A stretch of DNA of 64,000 nt, from NCBI GenBank assembly GCA_951406725.2, contig OX597821.1:114576001-114640000 (forward strand). Direction: 5' to 3'. This DNA is from Octopus vulgaris. Lineage: Eukaryota. This document shows, one piece after another, positions 25,493 through 38,206 of this stretch (positions within the stretch are counted from its first letter, which is position 1; each line of letters opens with the position of its first letter). The notes beneath the pieces were generated by a model that had not been told where the DNA came from, searched no databases, and saw only the letters and a program-made list of their open reading frames with translations. The position numbers and the translations under genes were made by a program.

Positions 25493-28400
25493 CAGCAATT
25501 CGTTGCTTTTGTATTTTGCTCTTTCTCTTTTCTTTTTCCTTTGCATTTTTCTTGCATCTTTAAATACCATTTTTTAATTGTTAAGACTGAAGAAAATGAA
25601 TATAAGTCACAAAAGCAATAAGCTAGTAGTCTAGATTGTAAACATGTGAAAAGACATAGATACAATGGCGGTGCCCCAGCATGGCCACAGCTCGTGAGCT
25701 GAAACTAGATAAAATGATTAAAAAATGATAAAATGATACACACATATACATATACGTACTATACATTTCTGACTCCTACAACTCCACTGATTGCCAAGCA
25801 CCTATCGGACATCTGCCTCCAAAACCAAACCCTTGTTTCTTGGCATTTCTGCTCAACAGACCACTCTTCTCAACACCTTGCCAAGTGTAAGTCCAAGTGT
25901 TTGTCTTGGCCTTACACAATGGATCCTCAAACTCTGGACTCCACAGAAAACAATGATTCTTTTTTTTCCCTCCCAACTTCCACTCTCTTTGGTCTCAACT
26001 CATCACCCACCTTCCTTCAACTTCTCCCTCACCCTACATGCACAAACACACAAACTGCCACACTCTCACCAACCAAACCGACATACACATACACACTGCT
26101 CATACCTTCCAGATACACACATACTTATTGCCTCAGAGCTGAAGCCATGTGAGTGAATTTGATAGATGGAAACCGAAAAATGTCCGTCATGTATTGTGTG
26201 TGTGTATATAGATATGCATGTATAAAAATATTTGCCTAGCATTCATTAAGATTTGTTATTTCTCAGTTTTAATCCAATGCTATTTTCCTTTGCAGTTTCA
26301 CTAAAATGACTCAGAAGAGGCGTCAGACATTTTTATTCTCTGCCACTTTGACATTAGCTCACATGGGTCCTCAACGAAAATTGTCGAAAAAGTTTCAAGC
26401 TAACCTGTTGACAACTGAAGGAAAAATCCGTAAGTTCTTTTCAACCATGTCTTGTTTTTGTCCAACTCCTCATCAACATCATCATTTATTATCCATCTTC
26501 CATGTTTGCATGAGCTGGACAGTTTCAACAGAATTCAATTGGCCCAGTAAATACATCAAGCTCCCTTGCTTGCTTTGGCATGGTTTCTACAGCTGCATGT
26601 CCTTCCTGATGCCCACCACTTTACAGAGTGTACTGGATGCGCCTGCCGTGGCACCAGCACTAATGAGGTCACTGTGTGGCTAACATGATGAAGTGCCCCT
26701 TCAACTGAGTGAAGCTAGATTTGAAGGGAAGCAGGCTTTTACTTGATAATAAGGAATCAAAACTTGTTGTGGAGGAGATACATGGCTGCTCATATTTTAC
26801 ATGAGTTGGTGAGAGTAATCAGGGTGGAACCGGAAAAAGTGACAAAGGTGGTGTTTATAAATGGTTAATGCTTTGAGAGGTGATAAGCACCATGAAAATG
26901 AATCTGTGACCCACTTGTGTTTTGCATACACTGTAGCAGTGTTTTTCAGAAAGACTTCTCAAATCTCATTTATTCTTCATCCATGAATTACTTAACTTCA
27001 TGTCTAACAAGAGGAAATAATAGAGAATCTACCAATGGACAGGGTGACAAAAAAAAAAAAAAAACGAACCCCCAAATCTTTGAATAAAACGATGCAGAGG
27101 GATAGATTGAGATGAACAGTGGTTCCAGCAAGACAGCACTACCCCCCCCACACACACACACACATCAAATGACTCCCTAAACTGGGGTTGAGAGAGTGAT
27201 TTCAGGAGAGACTGATCAGGAAGTGTGACGTTGAGTGGGCACCACATTCACCAGACTTGAACCCCTCAGATTTTTATATGTGGGGGTTATCTCAAGGATG
27301 ATATTTACCAGAACAACACTCAAACGATTGGTGAACTGAAGGCAGCAATCACAACAGAAATCAGGGAAATCCCCAAAGAGGAATGTGTTCGAGTAATTGA
27401 CAATTTTGTGCAACGTATGCCATTTGGAGCATATTTTGAAAAGAACATGACTTTTATGCAATGGGAATGATTGTACACAGACCATAGTTTAAGTCCAGCA
27501 AATTTCAAGAAATCTGCTGGACCTTTGTAGGATTTAACTACCGACTGGTTTCCCTTACATCAATAATCAGCAAGATGTTCGAAACCATCCTTAAGAAAAG
27601 TATGATGCTCCACCTCCAAAACACAACCTCTATCTCTGATTCCCAACACGGCTTCGTGCCGAAGAGATCATGCTTGACCAACTTACTGGTAATGGAAGAA
27701 TTGGTGACGCGCATCCTCGATGATAGTGATGCTGTTGACATCGTTTTATTGGACTTTGCCAAAGCTTTTGACTCGGTAAACCACCGCCTATTACTTGTCA
27801 AGCTTCAAGCATATAGTTTCAATCCGGATATTGTACGATGGGTTGGTGCCTTCCTCTCAGATCGCTCCTTCCAAGTCCAAGTTAATGGTTCGCGGTCCGA
27901 CGTCTCCAGTGCGAGCAGTGGCGTGCCTCAAGGTTCAGTGTTTGGGCCCTTATTGTTCTTAGTCTTCATAAATGACTTGCCCGACGACCTCACGCAACAC
28001 ACCCTTCTATTTGCCAACGATATCAAACTGGTCGCTCCTCGCGGTGATATAGAGGATCTTCGTCGATGCCTCCACCAAATTTGGAAGTGGTCTAACGAAT
28101 GGGACCTGTGTCTGAACGTGTCAAAGTGCTGTCATCTGCCTGTCGGCTCTACTCCTGCAACTCAACTTGATTTCGAGCCGGGTCGTCTGCTGCTGGAGAG
28201 GACCGATCAGGTAAAGGACCTGGGTATCTTGGTGGATTCCTCCTTTTCGCCTTCGGCCCAGTGCGTCCATGCTGCCAACAAAGCACGTGGAATTCTGTTC
28301 TTGATTCGACGGTCATTCGGAATGCTCACAGCAGCCATATTCCTACCACTCTATGTCACGCTGGTGAGACCCATATTGGAGTACGGGATTCAAGCCTCTT

Positions 28401-31400
28401 CTCCTTATCTCCTCAAAGACATACAGCATCTCGAAAGAGTCCAGAAGCTGGCTACCCGCATGGTTCATGGTCTCAAAAATTTGTCCTATGAAGAAAGGCT
28501 GAGGACGCTCGACCTTTATTCTCTTGAAAAACGCCGCCGCCGTGGTGATCTCATTCTCGCCCACAACATCATAAGAGGAAAGTGTAACCTCTCAAAAGAG
28601 CTGTTCTTCACTCCTGCTCCAGAGCGTCGGCTGCGGGGTCATTCCGAAAAGCTCTACCTGCGACGATTTCATCTCAATCGAAGGAGAGGAGCTTTCTCCG
28701 TCCGGGTTGCGGATCCGTGGAACAAGCTGCCAGACGAGATGGTGAAGATGCCGACGACCGCTTTGTTCAAAGCCTCCCTTGACCTCAAGTGGCCTGAACT
28801 CTTTACATGAACACCACCCTGTACTTAACTCCATGTCCCCCTACATGGCCTTGCTATTTGCTTTTGAGCCAAATTAACTAACTAACTAACTAACTAACTA
28901 ACATTTAATAAAATTTTTATGGGTTCTGTTTTTTTTCTGGGTTACCCTGTACTTTCATTAATCATAATGATGATATTTTCCAGATTTACCATTCTATCAG
29001 GTGAAGATCACATTAACTTTATGAAATAAGTCAATTTCTTGTGTGATATGAGGAGGGGGTGGGATCTGGTGTTTAAGTTAAGGTCTTCTTTGGTAAAATG
29101 TAATTGATGGAATTTTATCAATGTTTATCCTCACTAGTTTCTTTAGATTGTAGTTTTTTGTTTGATTATTAACTTTAAATGGTGAAGGTCTTTTCAACCA
29201 GGTTTTCATGTCTTTACATTTTGTATATACAGGTATGTTGATGTCATCAATATACCTGTATCTCCATCCTCCTCATTTAACATTTGTTTTCCATGCTGGC
29301 ATGGTTGGTTCGACAGGATCCAGCAAGTTCCAGGGCCATGTTGAACTCCAGCATCAGCTTTGGCATGGTTTCTATGGCTAGATGCTCTTTCAAATGCCAA
29401 CTGTTTTTTAGTGTGTACTGGGTGTTTTTATTTCATGCCGCTGGCACTAGTGAAATTGCCAAGTAACTTGCTAGACAAGAAAAAGTAAGAGAAAAAAAAA
29501 ACTCCCTTGACTAAGAAAGGGGTAATATTTGAAGAGGGCAGTGGTTTTATGTTGGGTTTTGGAGGTTAAAGTATGATAGAGGGACAAATACAGATGGCTT
29601 GATGTATAGGAGATTTATAGCTAAGATGTCTATGCTGCATATAGATATGTTGATGTATATGTTGTATATATATATATATACATATAGGTATGATGATGTA
29701 TAAGATGGGTCTGAAAAAAGGAGCCAAAATGGTTGATTTGACTGAAAAAACAAGAACGGCAGAGAAACTGTCTGAAGCCAAAGTTCTTTGTGAACGTGAA
29801 AAAAAGGTATGTTTATTTAGCCCTTTAATTGCTTTATTTCTAACCAAAATGTTTCAATTGAATTCTAAAACAATTATAACTTTTTTATTTATTAGAATAT
29901 TAGTGTTTCAAACCCAACTTCAAAGGTTCTTCCATAGATGTGCTTGATGATTTTTGTCTCAAAACTGTTCTAATTAGAAGAATAGGTTAAACCTGAAATA
30001 TGATGTTATTTAAATTTCATTTAAATATCACTTTATAAAATAAGATCAGCCAATTATCAACATCATCGTTTTTATATTCTCTTCTCCATGTTTGGGTGAG
30101 TTAGAAGGAATTCATTGAGGCAGATTTTCTATAGCTGGATGCCCTTCTTGTCACCAACCCTCACCTGTTTCCAAGCAAGGTTTTTACCTCTCCATGGCTG
30201 GATAGGTTTTCAGGGAAGACTAGATACAAGGGATATATCACTTGTATGATGGTGACGCTTATTTATGACTATCACATGATGTCATGACAAGGAAACAAGA
30301 ACATTTACTCACATGTACGTACACACACACATGAGTATGTGATGGGTTTCTTTCAGTTTTTGTCTACTAAATCCATTTACAAATATTTGGTCTGCCAAGA
30401 GCTATAAACAGGAGACACTTGCCCAAGGTGTCACACATCAGGATTGAACCGAAAACTATGTGGATGGAAAAGAAACTTCTTAATCACACAGCCTTGTCTG
30501 CACCTTTATTGCATTCTATGAGGGTGAATCAAAAAGTAATGCCATTTTCTTTAGGATAGGTATATTTACCAACACAGGAACATCTATCATACATCAAAAT
30601 AAAGCTGGTCTGCTGTGGATCACATCCCTACTTCTCGACATAGTCACCGTTTCTCTCAATAGCAATGTTGCACCTTCGAATGAGAGCATGTATCCCTACC
30701 CCGCAAAATTCTGTTGACTGTTCTTTGAGCCACTTCTTCACTACAGTTTTCACTTCCTCATCACTGGAATAATGTTTGCCTCTCAAACCCTCTTTTGTGG
30801 TGCCGAAGAGATGATAGTCTAAAGGCGCTAAATCTGGTTAGTGTGGAGGTAGTGAAGAAGTGGCTCAAAGAACAGTCAACAGAATTTTACGGGGTAGGGA
30901 TACATGCTCTCATTCGAAGGTGGAACATTACTATTGAGAGAAACGGTGACTATGTTGAGAAGTAGGGATGTGATCCACCGAGGACCAGCTTCATTTTGAT
31001 GTATGATACATGTTCCTATTTCTTTACTACCCACATGGGGCTAAACACAGAGGGGACAAACAAGGACAGACACACGGATTAAGTCAATTATATCGACCTC
31101 AGTGCGTAACTGGTACTTAATTTATCGACCCTGAAAGGATGAAAAGCAAAGTCGACCTCGGTGGAAATTTGAACTCAGAACGTAACAGCAGATGAAATAC
31201 TGCAAAGCATTTCGCCCGGCATGCTAACATTTCTGCCAGCTCGCTGCCTTTTGATGTATGATACATGTTCCTGTGCTGGTAATTATACCTGTCCTAAACA
31301 AAATGGCATTACTTTTTGACTCACGCTCATATCTACTCCTGACTGGACATCTGGTTTGCGATCTTCAGTTCTGCATTGATATATCTTGTGTCTCAACATT

Positions 31401-34400
31401 GTTTGTTTTCATTGATTCTTTTTCCAGACAAAGCAAATACTTCTACTTTGATTTTATTTTCCCCAAATTGTAAGAATTTTTTTTACATTTTTGTCTTTGC
31501 AGGATGTTTATTTATATTACTTTTTAAAACAGCATCCTGGCCGAACGTTAGTATTTTGCAACAGCAAAGACTCTATTCGACGTTTAGTGTCCATTTTCAC
31601 ATTGCTCGAGTGCCACCCGTTACCTTTACACTCTGACATGCATCAAAAACAGAGACTAAGAAACTTGGAGCGGTTTTCCTGTAAGTAAATCTGGTGCCAA
31701 TCCTTTGATTTGGTTTGATTATTTTTCAGACTTCTGATTAATTTTTTTATTAATCCTTTTGATACCAACTAATCAGAGACAGCCTCTTGTTCTGTAAAAA
31801 ACTTCCTGGTTTAAAATGATCTACTTTAAAACCTTCCATCAAAATTTCTTGTTAATTTGTTCTAGACACCAGAACATTTGTTCGACTAAAGACAGTGCAC
31901 CAGCATGGCCGCAGTGAAATGGCTTTCAAAGTTATTTCAGTCCATTGTATCAATCTCAATACTTTGCTGCTTATTTTTACCAATCTTGCAAACCAGTAAT
32001 TACTTCCGTCTCTGATTCCATCTGACTGATTCCAGCAGCACAATAGTTGCTTCTGATTCCATGACTTTGAACTTCTGACACTACAACTCTACAAGGGACA
32101 CAATGCAATTACTATAACAACAAAGTTTTAAAGTCAAGACAAAACCTGAATCCTACCACTACTTTGTTTATTCTATATGTTTCTATAATAATAATAATCA
32201 TCATCATCATCATCATTATAATAATCTGTGTTGTGATTATTTCATTTTTAGCCAGTCCTAATGCCTTGCTACTGGCTACAGACATTGCTGCTCGAGGTTT
32301 GGATATTCCCAAAATAGATCATGTTATTCACTTCCAAGTGCCCCATACAATGGAGGTTAGTATTGTTTTAATAACCGAATAAGCTTTACAATTAACTGTG
32401 AACTAGTTACTAAATAAAGTTTATAGTATGTATCTGCACCAAGATTTAATTTCTGCTTTAACATTGATCTGTGTTCTGTGCCTTGCTCAGGAGCACAGTG
32501 GCTCAAGTAAAGTTTGAACTGATCACGGTGTGGCTAGTATTTTAGCTTTGCAACCAGTCTCCCTCTTTGTACAAATATTTAAAATATATTTCATTGTGAT
32601 GTGTTATTTTATGTTGTTGTATATTATTTTGTGCTATTAATAAAATACCAGTCAAATACTGGGGTCAGATTATGTCTAATACTAGTATTACACAAGGTTC
32701 TTTCACTGAAAATCTTGAGCAATATGTGGTGTGTCTGTCATTGTACCTGACAAAGCAGCTATTGGTATTTAATTACTATTAACTTTAACGAGCTTAGACA
32801 TGCTATAACCTATTCCAAAGACTGCCAGAGTTTTTACTGTGCTGGTCTGTTATATATGCCTCTATATATATTGCTTGGTCGATGCCAGTACCACATGACT
32901 GGTCCCGTGCAAGTGGCATGTAAAAAGCACCATTCAAGCATGGTCGATGCCAGTACCGCCTGACTGACCCTCATGCCAATAGCACAGAAAAAGCACCCAC
33001 TACACTCTTGGAGTGGTTGCATTAGGAAGAGCATCCAGATATTGAAACACTGCCAGATCAGACTGGAACCTGGTACAACCTTCTGTCTTGTTAGTCCTCA
33101 GTCAAATCGTCCAACTCATGCCAGCATGGAAAGTGGACGTTAAACGACGACAATGATGATTATATATATATATATGTATGTTTAGGGCAGTGGTGGTTCA
33201 TCCTTAGGAAGGTCTTGTGCATGTGAACCTTCTCTAGTACTCCCTATGTGACCTGGGAGGCCCTGTACCCTCCCCTGTGGCTGTTGGGTAGTTTACTGGA
33301 ACTTTGGCTACAATGACTAGACTTGGAAGGAATACTGGCGTGGCTGTCTGTTGCTGTCTCCTGGTAGGGTGGGGGTCAGTGGGGTTGGGGTTGGAAGTTA
33401 AAACTCAGAATGGAGAGAGCTGCAAGATATACGGTAAAACATCTCTACAGATGCACCAATGATTCTGCTGCTCTGCCAGCCACAGGGCAAAACATGAAAT
33501 GAAGTGTTTTGCTGAAGAACCCAACATTGCCACCTGATTCAGGAATGGAACCCATGATCTAGGGATGGTGAGGCTATGTGCCTTCATTATATACTATGTA
33601 TACTTCTGTATAAGTTCCATCCCTGATTTAGGGTTAAGTCAGAGTACAAAGTTTTTCCCTTTACAGTTTTAGCTTTGCCCATGTTTAAATCACACCCTAG
33701 TTTTTTTTTTTTTTCTTTTTTAAAATTATCATCATTAAACATTCATCATCCATGCTGGCATAGGTTGGATGGTTTGATCATGGCTGGCAAGCTGGAAGGC
33801 TGCACCAGACTCCAGTCTGATTTGGAATGGTTTCCACAGCTGGATGCCCTTCCTTACGTCAACCACTCCAAGAGTGCAATGGTTGCTTTTGCGTGACACC
33901 AGTATCTGCCATGACTGTGATTTTGATTGGTTTGATGGCTCTTCTTCTCAAGCACAACATAATGCTAAAGGTCTCGGCTGTTAACTCCGTGAGGCCCTAT
34001 GCTCAAAAGAGTCTCAGCCACTTTGCTTCCATGAGGCCCAACACTCAGAAGGAAATCCAGTGCAAAACAGTGCGCTTTATATGCAAGTAAATTCAGTAGA
34101 TTCTGACATAAAAGGCTTATTTAGTTTCCAGTGTTTTATTTCAAACTTCCTTCTTTTTATTGCAACTCTTCAGAGAAAATTATTTCTTACTTTAAACTGT
34201 TGTCCTTTTTCGTCTTCTCTTCCTCCTCCTCCTTAGAACTACATACACCGTAGTGGTCGTACAGCTCGAGCCTCCGAAGAAGGTTTAACAGTGTTGCTTA
34301 TCTCCCCAGAAGAACAGAAAGGTTACAGAAAGATTCTTTTTAGTTTGGACAGAAGTAAGTGAATTTAACAATTTTTACTTGTGAGTTATTGTGCCTGGCA

Positions 34401-37400
34401 TGTCTTAAAAGTAAGGAAAAATCCAAGCAGGTTTTATATTAAAGAACCTGATAAGCATATCAGAAACAATATTGGTTTCTCATATACACAGAAGGTCACA
34501 ACTTCTAGAGATGGGTGCAGTTGATTATTTTTTCATTTGTTTTTTTCCATCAATCCTGGGAGGCCGAAGGCCAAAGTTCATTGAATGGAAAGCACTGCTG
34601 CTGGTGCCATGTGTAAAGCACCTTGTGTGCTCTGTAAAGTGGTTGACATGAGAAAGTGCATCCTGCTGTAGAAGTCATGCCAAAACAGGCAAATAGAGGT
34701 GCAGCCCCTGGTGATGCCAGCTTCTGTCAAACCATCCAGCCCTTGCCTGCATGGAAAACAGACATATAATGATAATGGTCATTAAGACCAACTTTAGCAT
34801 CTTTTACTGTCAAACTATCCTCTTCTTGTTTATTGCTGCTACATGGTCTGTGCTCTTCAAGTTGTTCAGACTGTATACCACTTCCACATAAATGTAATCA
34901 TTTCATTTACTGTCCATTTTCCTATCACATCCTATATTTTAACCCTTAACTGCTAATCTTCAGAAACTCAAACTGATTTTACATAAATGACTTTCTCCAG
35001 CAGTGCTGGAGGACCTTTAAATCAAGGGTTCTTAAACTTTTTAATATCTGGGCCAGATCCAAAACCTGAATGTTTTTCAGGGGCTGCACCAAAAAAATTA
35101 AACCACAAGTCAATTTTTTAAAAATGTATTATATTTATAGAAGAAAGACTGTTGGGGGCTGCTGGAAGGATGCATGAGGGCCGTATGTAGCCCTGAGATC
35201 TACAGTTGAGAACTGCTCTTCTAAATTAGTTAAAATAAAGAGATAAGAGCCTTAACCTGATCTGGCTCTTGCTTAACCTGATCTGCACTTCTTTCAGAGG
35301 TGATTGAAAAATTGATCAGTTGGTTGTCTAATTGTGGTTGATCTGACTTCATTGAGGACATGGAATATAGTCCAAATCCCAACAATACATTTTCTTTTAA
35401 TGGTCTCATGAAAAGAGGAATGGCAACATTTCTGAAACTAATGGGGGACAAGTGAACAAATGGAATCAGGTCTCTAAGGTTATCCTCAGACCAGGGACCT
35501 GGTTCCAGTGTTACCATCAGAGTGAACTCTGCTAAAATTACCCAAAGGACAAGCAATGGTTGTTAAACAGAGTCACACTCAATCACAAATGCAACCAATC
35601 CAAGGAGGGGTGGTAGGCTTTGGTATAGTTGCTGTCTGCCCAATTTTATTTACAAACCTTGGGTTGGCCCAAGGAAAAGACTCTTGACAGTTTGCTATGC
35701 CATGTAGGAGGATTGAACCCTAGTTAACACAATAATGAAGTGAATTTCTTAACCACTTTACCTCATGGACATCTTCATAACATTTCTGTGCTAAATCAAC
35801 ATTCCAATCCAACCTAATTCAGTCTGTTTCTATTCAATTTTCAGCCAAAGACTTTGACCAGTTTCCTGTTGACAATAGTTACATACCAGCAATAAATGTC
35901 AGGATGCAGTTGGCACTGAAAATTGATTCTGAAGAACACAGGTTAGTATGGCAGTGTTGCATAATCCTTTCATATTCCTCATGTTTCTTGAAGTCAATCC
36001 TATAACATTTAAACATAAGGGTTCAGTTTTAGTGTTTATTCATAAAGTTATCGCTTCTGTACCTGCTAATTAACTTCAATTGTCTGTAGATGTCATATTT
36101 AATAATAATAAAAAATAATTGTAAATCATGTGTAGAAAATTGCTGAATAGACTTCAAAGAATAAATCCATGGTAATTAAGAGGCTCAATTAGTAATGGGT
36201 CATTAAACTTCAACAAATCATCATCATCATCATTAAAAATGTGTTTTCCAAACTGGCATGGGTTGGACAGGTTGACTAGCTGGCAAGCCTGAGAGCTGCA
36301 CCAGGTTCCATTATCTCTTTTTGACAAAGTTTCTATGATTGGATTCCCTTCATAATGCCAACCACTTTGCAGAGTGTATTGGCTGCTTTTTGCATGGCAC
36401 CGGCACAAGTGCTCTATAGGCAGTACCAGCACGAGTGTTCTGTATGCAGTACCAGCACGAGTGTTCTGTATGCAGTACCAGCATGGGTTCTTTTTATGTG
36501 ACACCAGTGCAGGTGATTTTTTATGCAGCACACTAAGTAAATCCAAATGGGACTGACTTGCTAAAGCAATCTTATAAAGCTACATATTTAGCATAGAACT
36601 AGAAAAGCATAAATTTCACATATAGTTCATATTTTGTTTTCAACAGCTGTTTCATTAAGATAATCAATACGGAATGTATAATTACATAATTGTGATACAT
36701 AATTTAAATTAAGTCAAATTAATTTAAAAACAGAATGCCACATTACTGGTTTAATTGGTATTTAAACAGTAATTGATGAAATTTGAGATCTGCATGTAAA
36801 AATTTTAACAAAGTTTCAAACAAATATTGTTGATAAATTTCTCTTGAGCATCATTAATTCAAACAATGCATTTGAATTAATGTTGTCTCTTGTCCCTATT
36901 TGGGACCATCGATATTAAACTGATTAATTCAAAGAACATGGGCATGTAAAAAGCACCCACTACACTCTCGCATTGAAGGGTGAATATTAAAACAACAATG
37001 ATAGTGTACGTCTGTCCTTATGTACATCTCCTTGTTATTGTGTCAGAGTTATAAATGAAAAGATGTCCAGCCATGGGGAAATACATCATCATCATCGTTT
37101 ATCATCCATTTTCTATGCTAGCATGGGTTGGATGGTTCGACCAGGGTCTGAGAAGCCAGGAGGCTGTGCCAGGCTCCAGTCTGATCTGGCAGTGTTTCTA
37201 CAGCTAGATGCCCTTCCTAATGCCAACCACTCTGCGGGTGTAGTGGATGCTTTTTACATGCCACTAGCACGGGCCAGAGGAAGCTGGCAATGGCCATGAT
37301 CGGTTGGTGCTTTTTATGTGCCACTGGCACAGAAGCCAGTCAAGTTGGCGCTGGCATCAGCCACGTTCGGATGGTGCTTTCTACATGCCACCGGCAAGGG

Positions 37401-38174
37401 TATCACAACTACAATTTCCATTTGATTTTTATTTTGATGTTGATGTACTTGACTCAGTAGGTCTCCTCAAGCACAGCAGGTTGCCCTACAATCCAAGGTA
37501 AGCACAGCAGGTCGTCCTGCGATCCAAGGTACTTTTGAATAGGTTGGGGCTGGTTATGTGAAGCTGGTGTAGGATACGCCATGAACGCACTTTATTTGTC
37601 AGGTCTTCACAGTCACAGCATATCTCCAGAGGTCTCTGTCTTTCATCATTGCCTCTGTGAGGCCTTACATTCGAAGGTCATGCTTGACCACCTCATCCCA
37701 TGTCTTCCTGGGTCTACCTCTACCCTGGATTCCTTCAACTGTTTTGGAGTGGCACTCCTTCACACATGTCTCCTCATCCATACGTTGCACATGACCATAC
37801 ACATCCAGCGGATCATGCTAGCTTCATTTCTTTCGAGTCTACACATGTCCTCAGTCTATGTTTCACTGTCGTGTAGCATGGCAGTTCACACACATGCATT
37901 GTACAATCTACCTTTTACTCTGAGCGAGAGACCCTTTGTCACCGGTAGGGGTAGAAGGTTTCTAAACTTTGCCCAGGCTATTCTTATTCTAGTGGTAACA
38001 CTCTTTGAGTATCCAAATGAGGCTGGGTGATTGGAAGAGCATCCAGTTGTGTTGTAAAACAAATCTACCTCGGGAAATTCCATTTGATTCATGCAAGTAT
38101 GGAAAGCAGGACATTAAAATTATGGTGATGATGATCTTCAAATCTTTTGTTCAAGTGATCTTATCTTGAGCTCG

Positions 38175-38206
<32 letters not shown>

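Larger units (their letters stand above)
26820..28949 (+). mobile_element. Decayed Tc1/mariner-superfamily transposon hosting the CR1 insertion
   Basis: Ends CAGGGTGGAACCGGAAAAA / TTTTTCTGGGTTACCCTG; transposase remnant [17 protein letters not shown]...[17 protein letters not shown] at about 27230-27420. Confidence 0.75.

Noticed and set aside
27575-28810. Domesticated or active reverse transcriptase gene
   Set aside because: 5'-truncated with a retrotransposon tail and TSD, no endonuclease, and a D-to-N change at the catalytic site
35230-35556. 108-aa antisense ORF in DDX24 intron 13
   Set aside because: No recognisable motif; includes a local 14-bp duplication; consistent with chance
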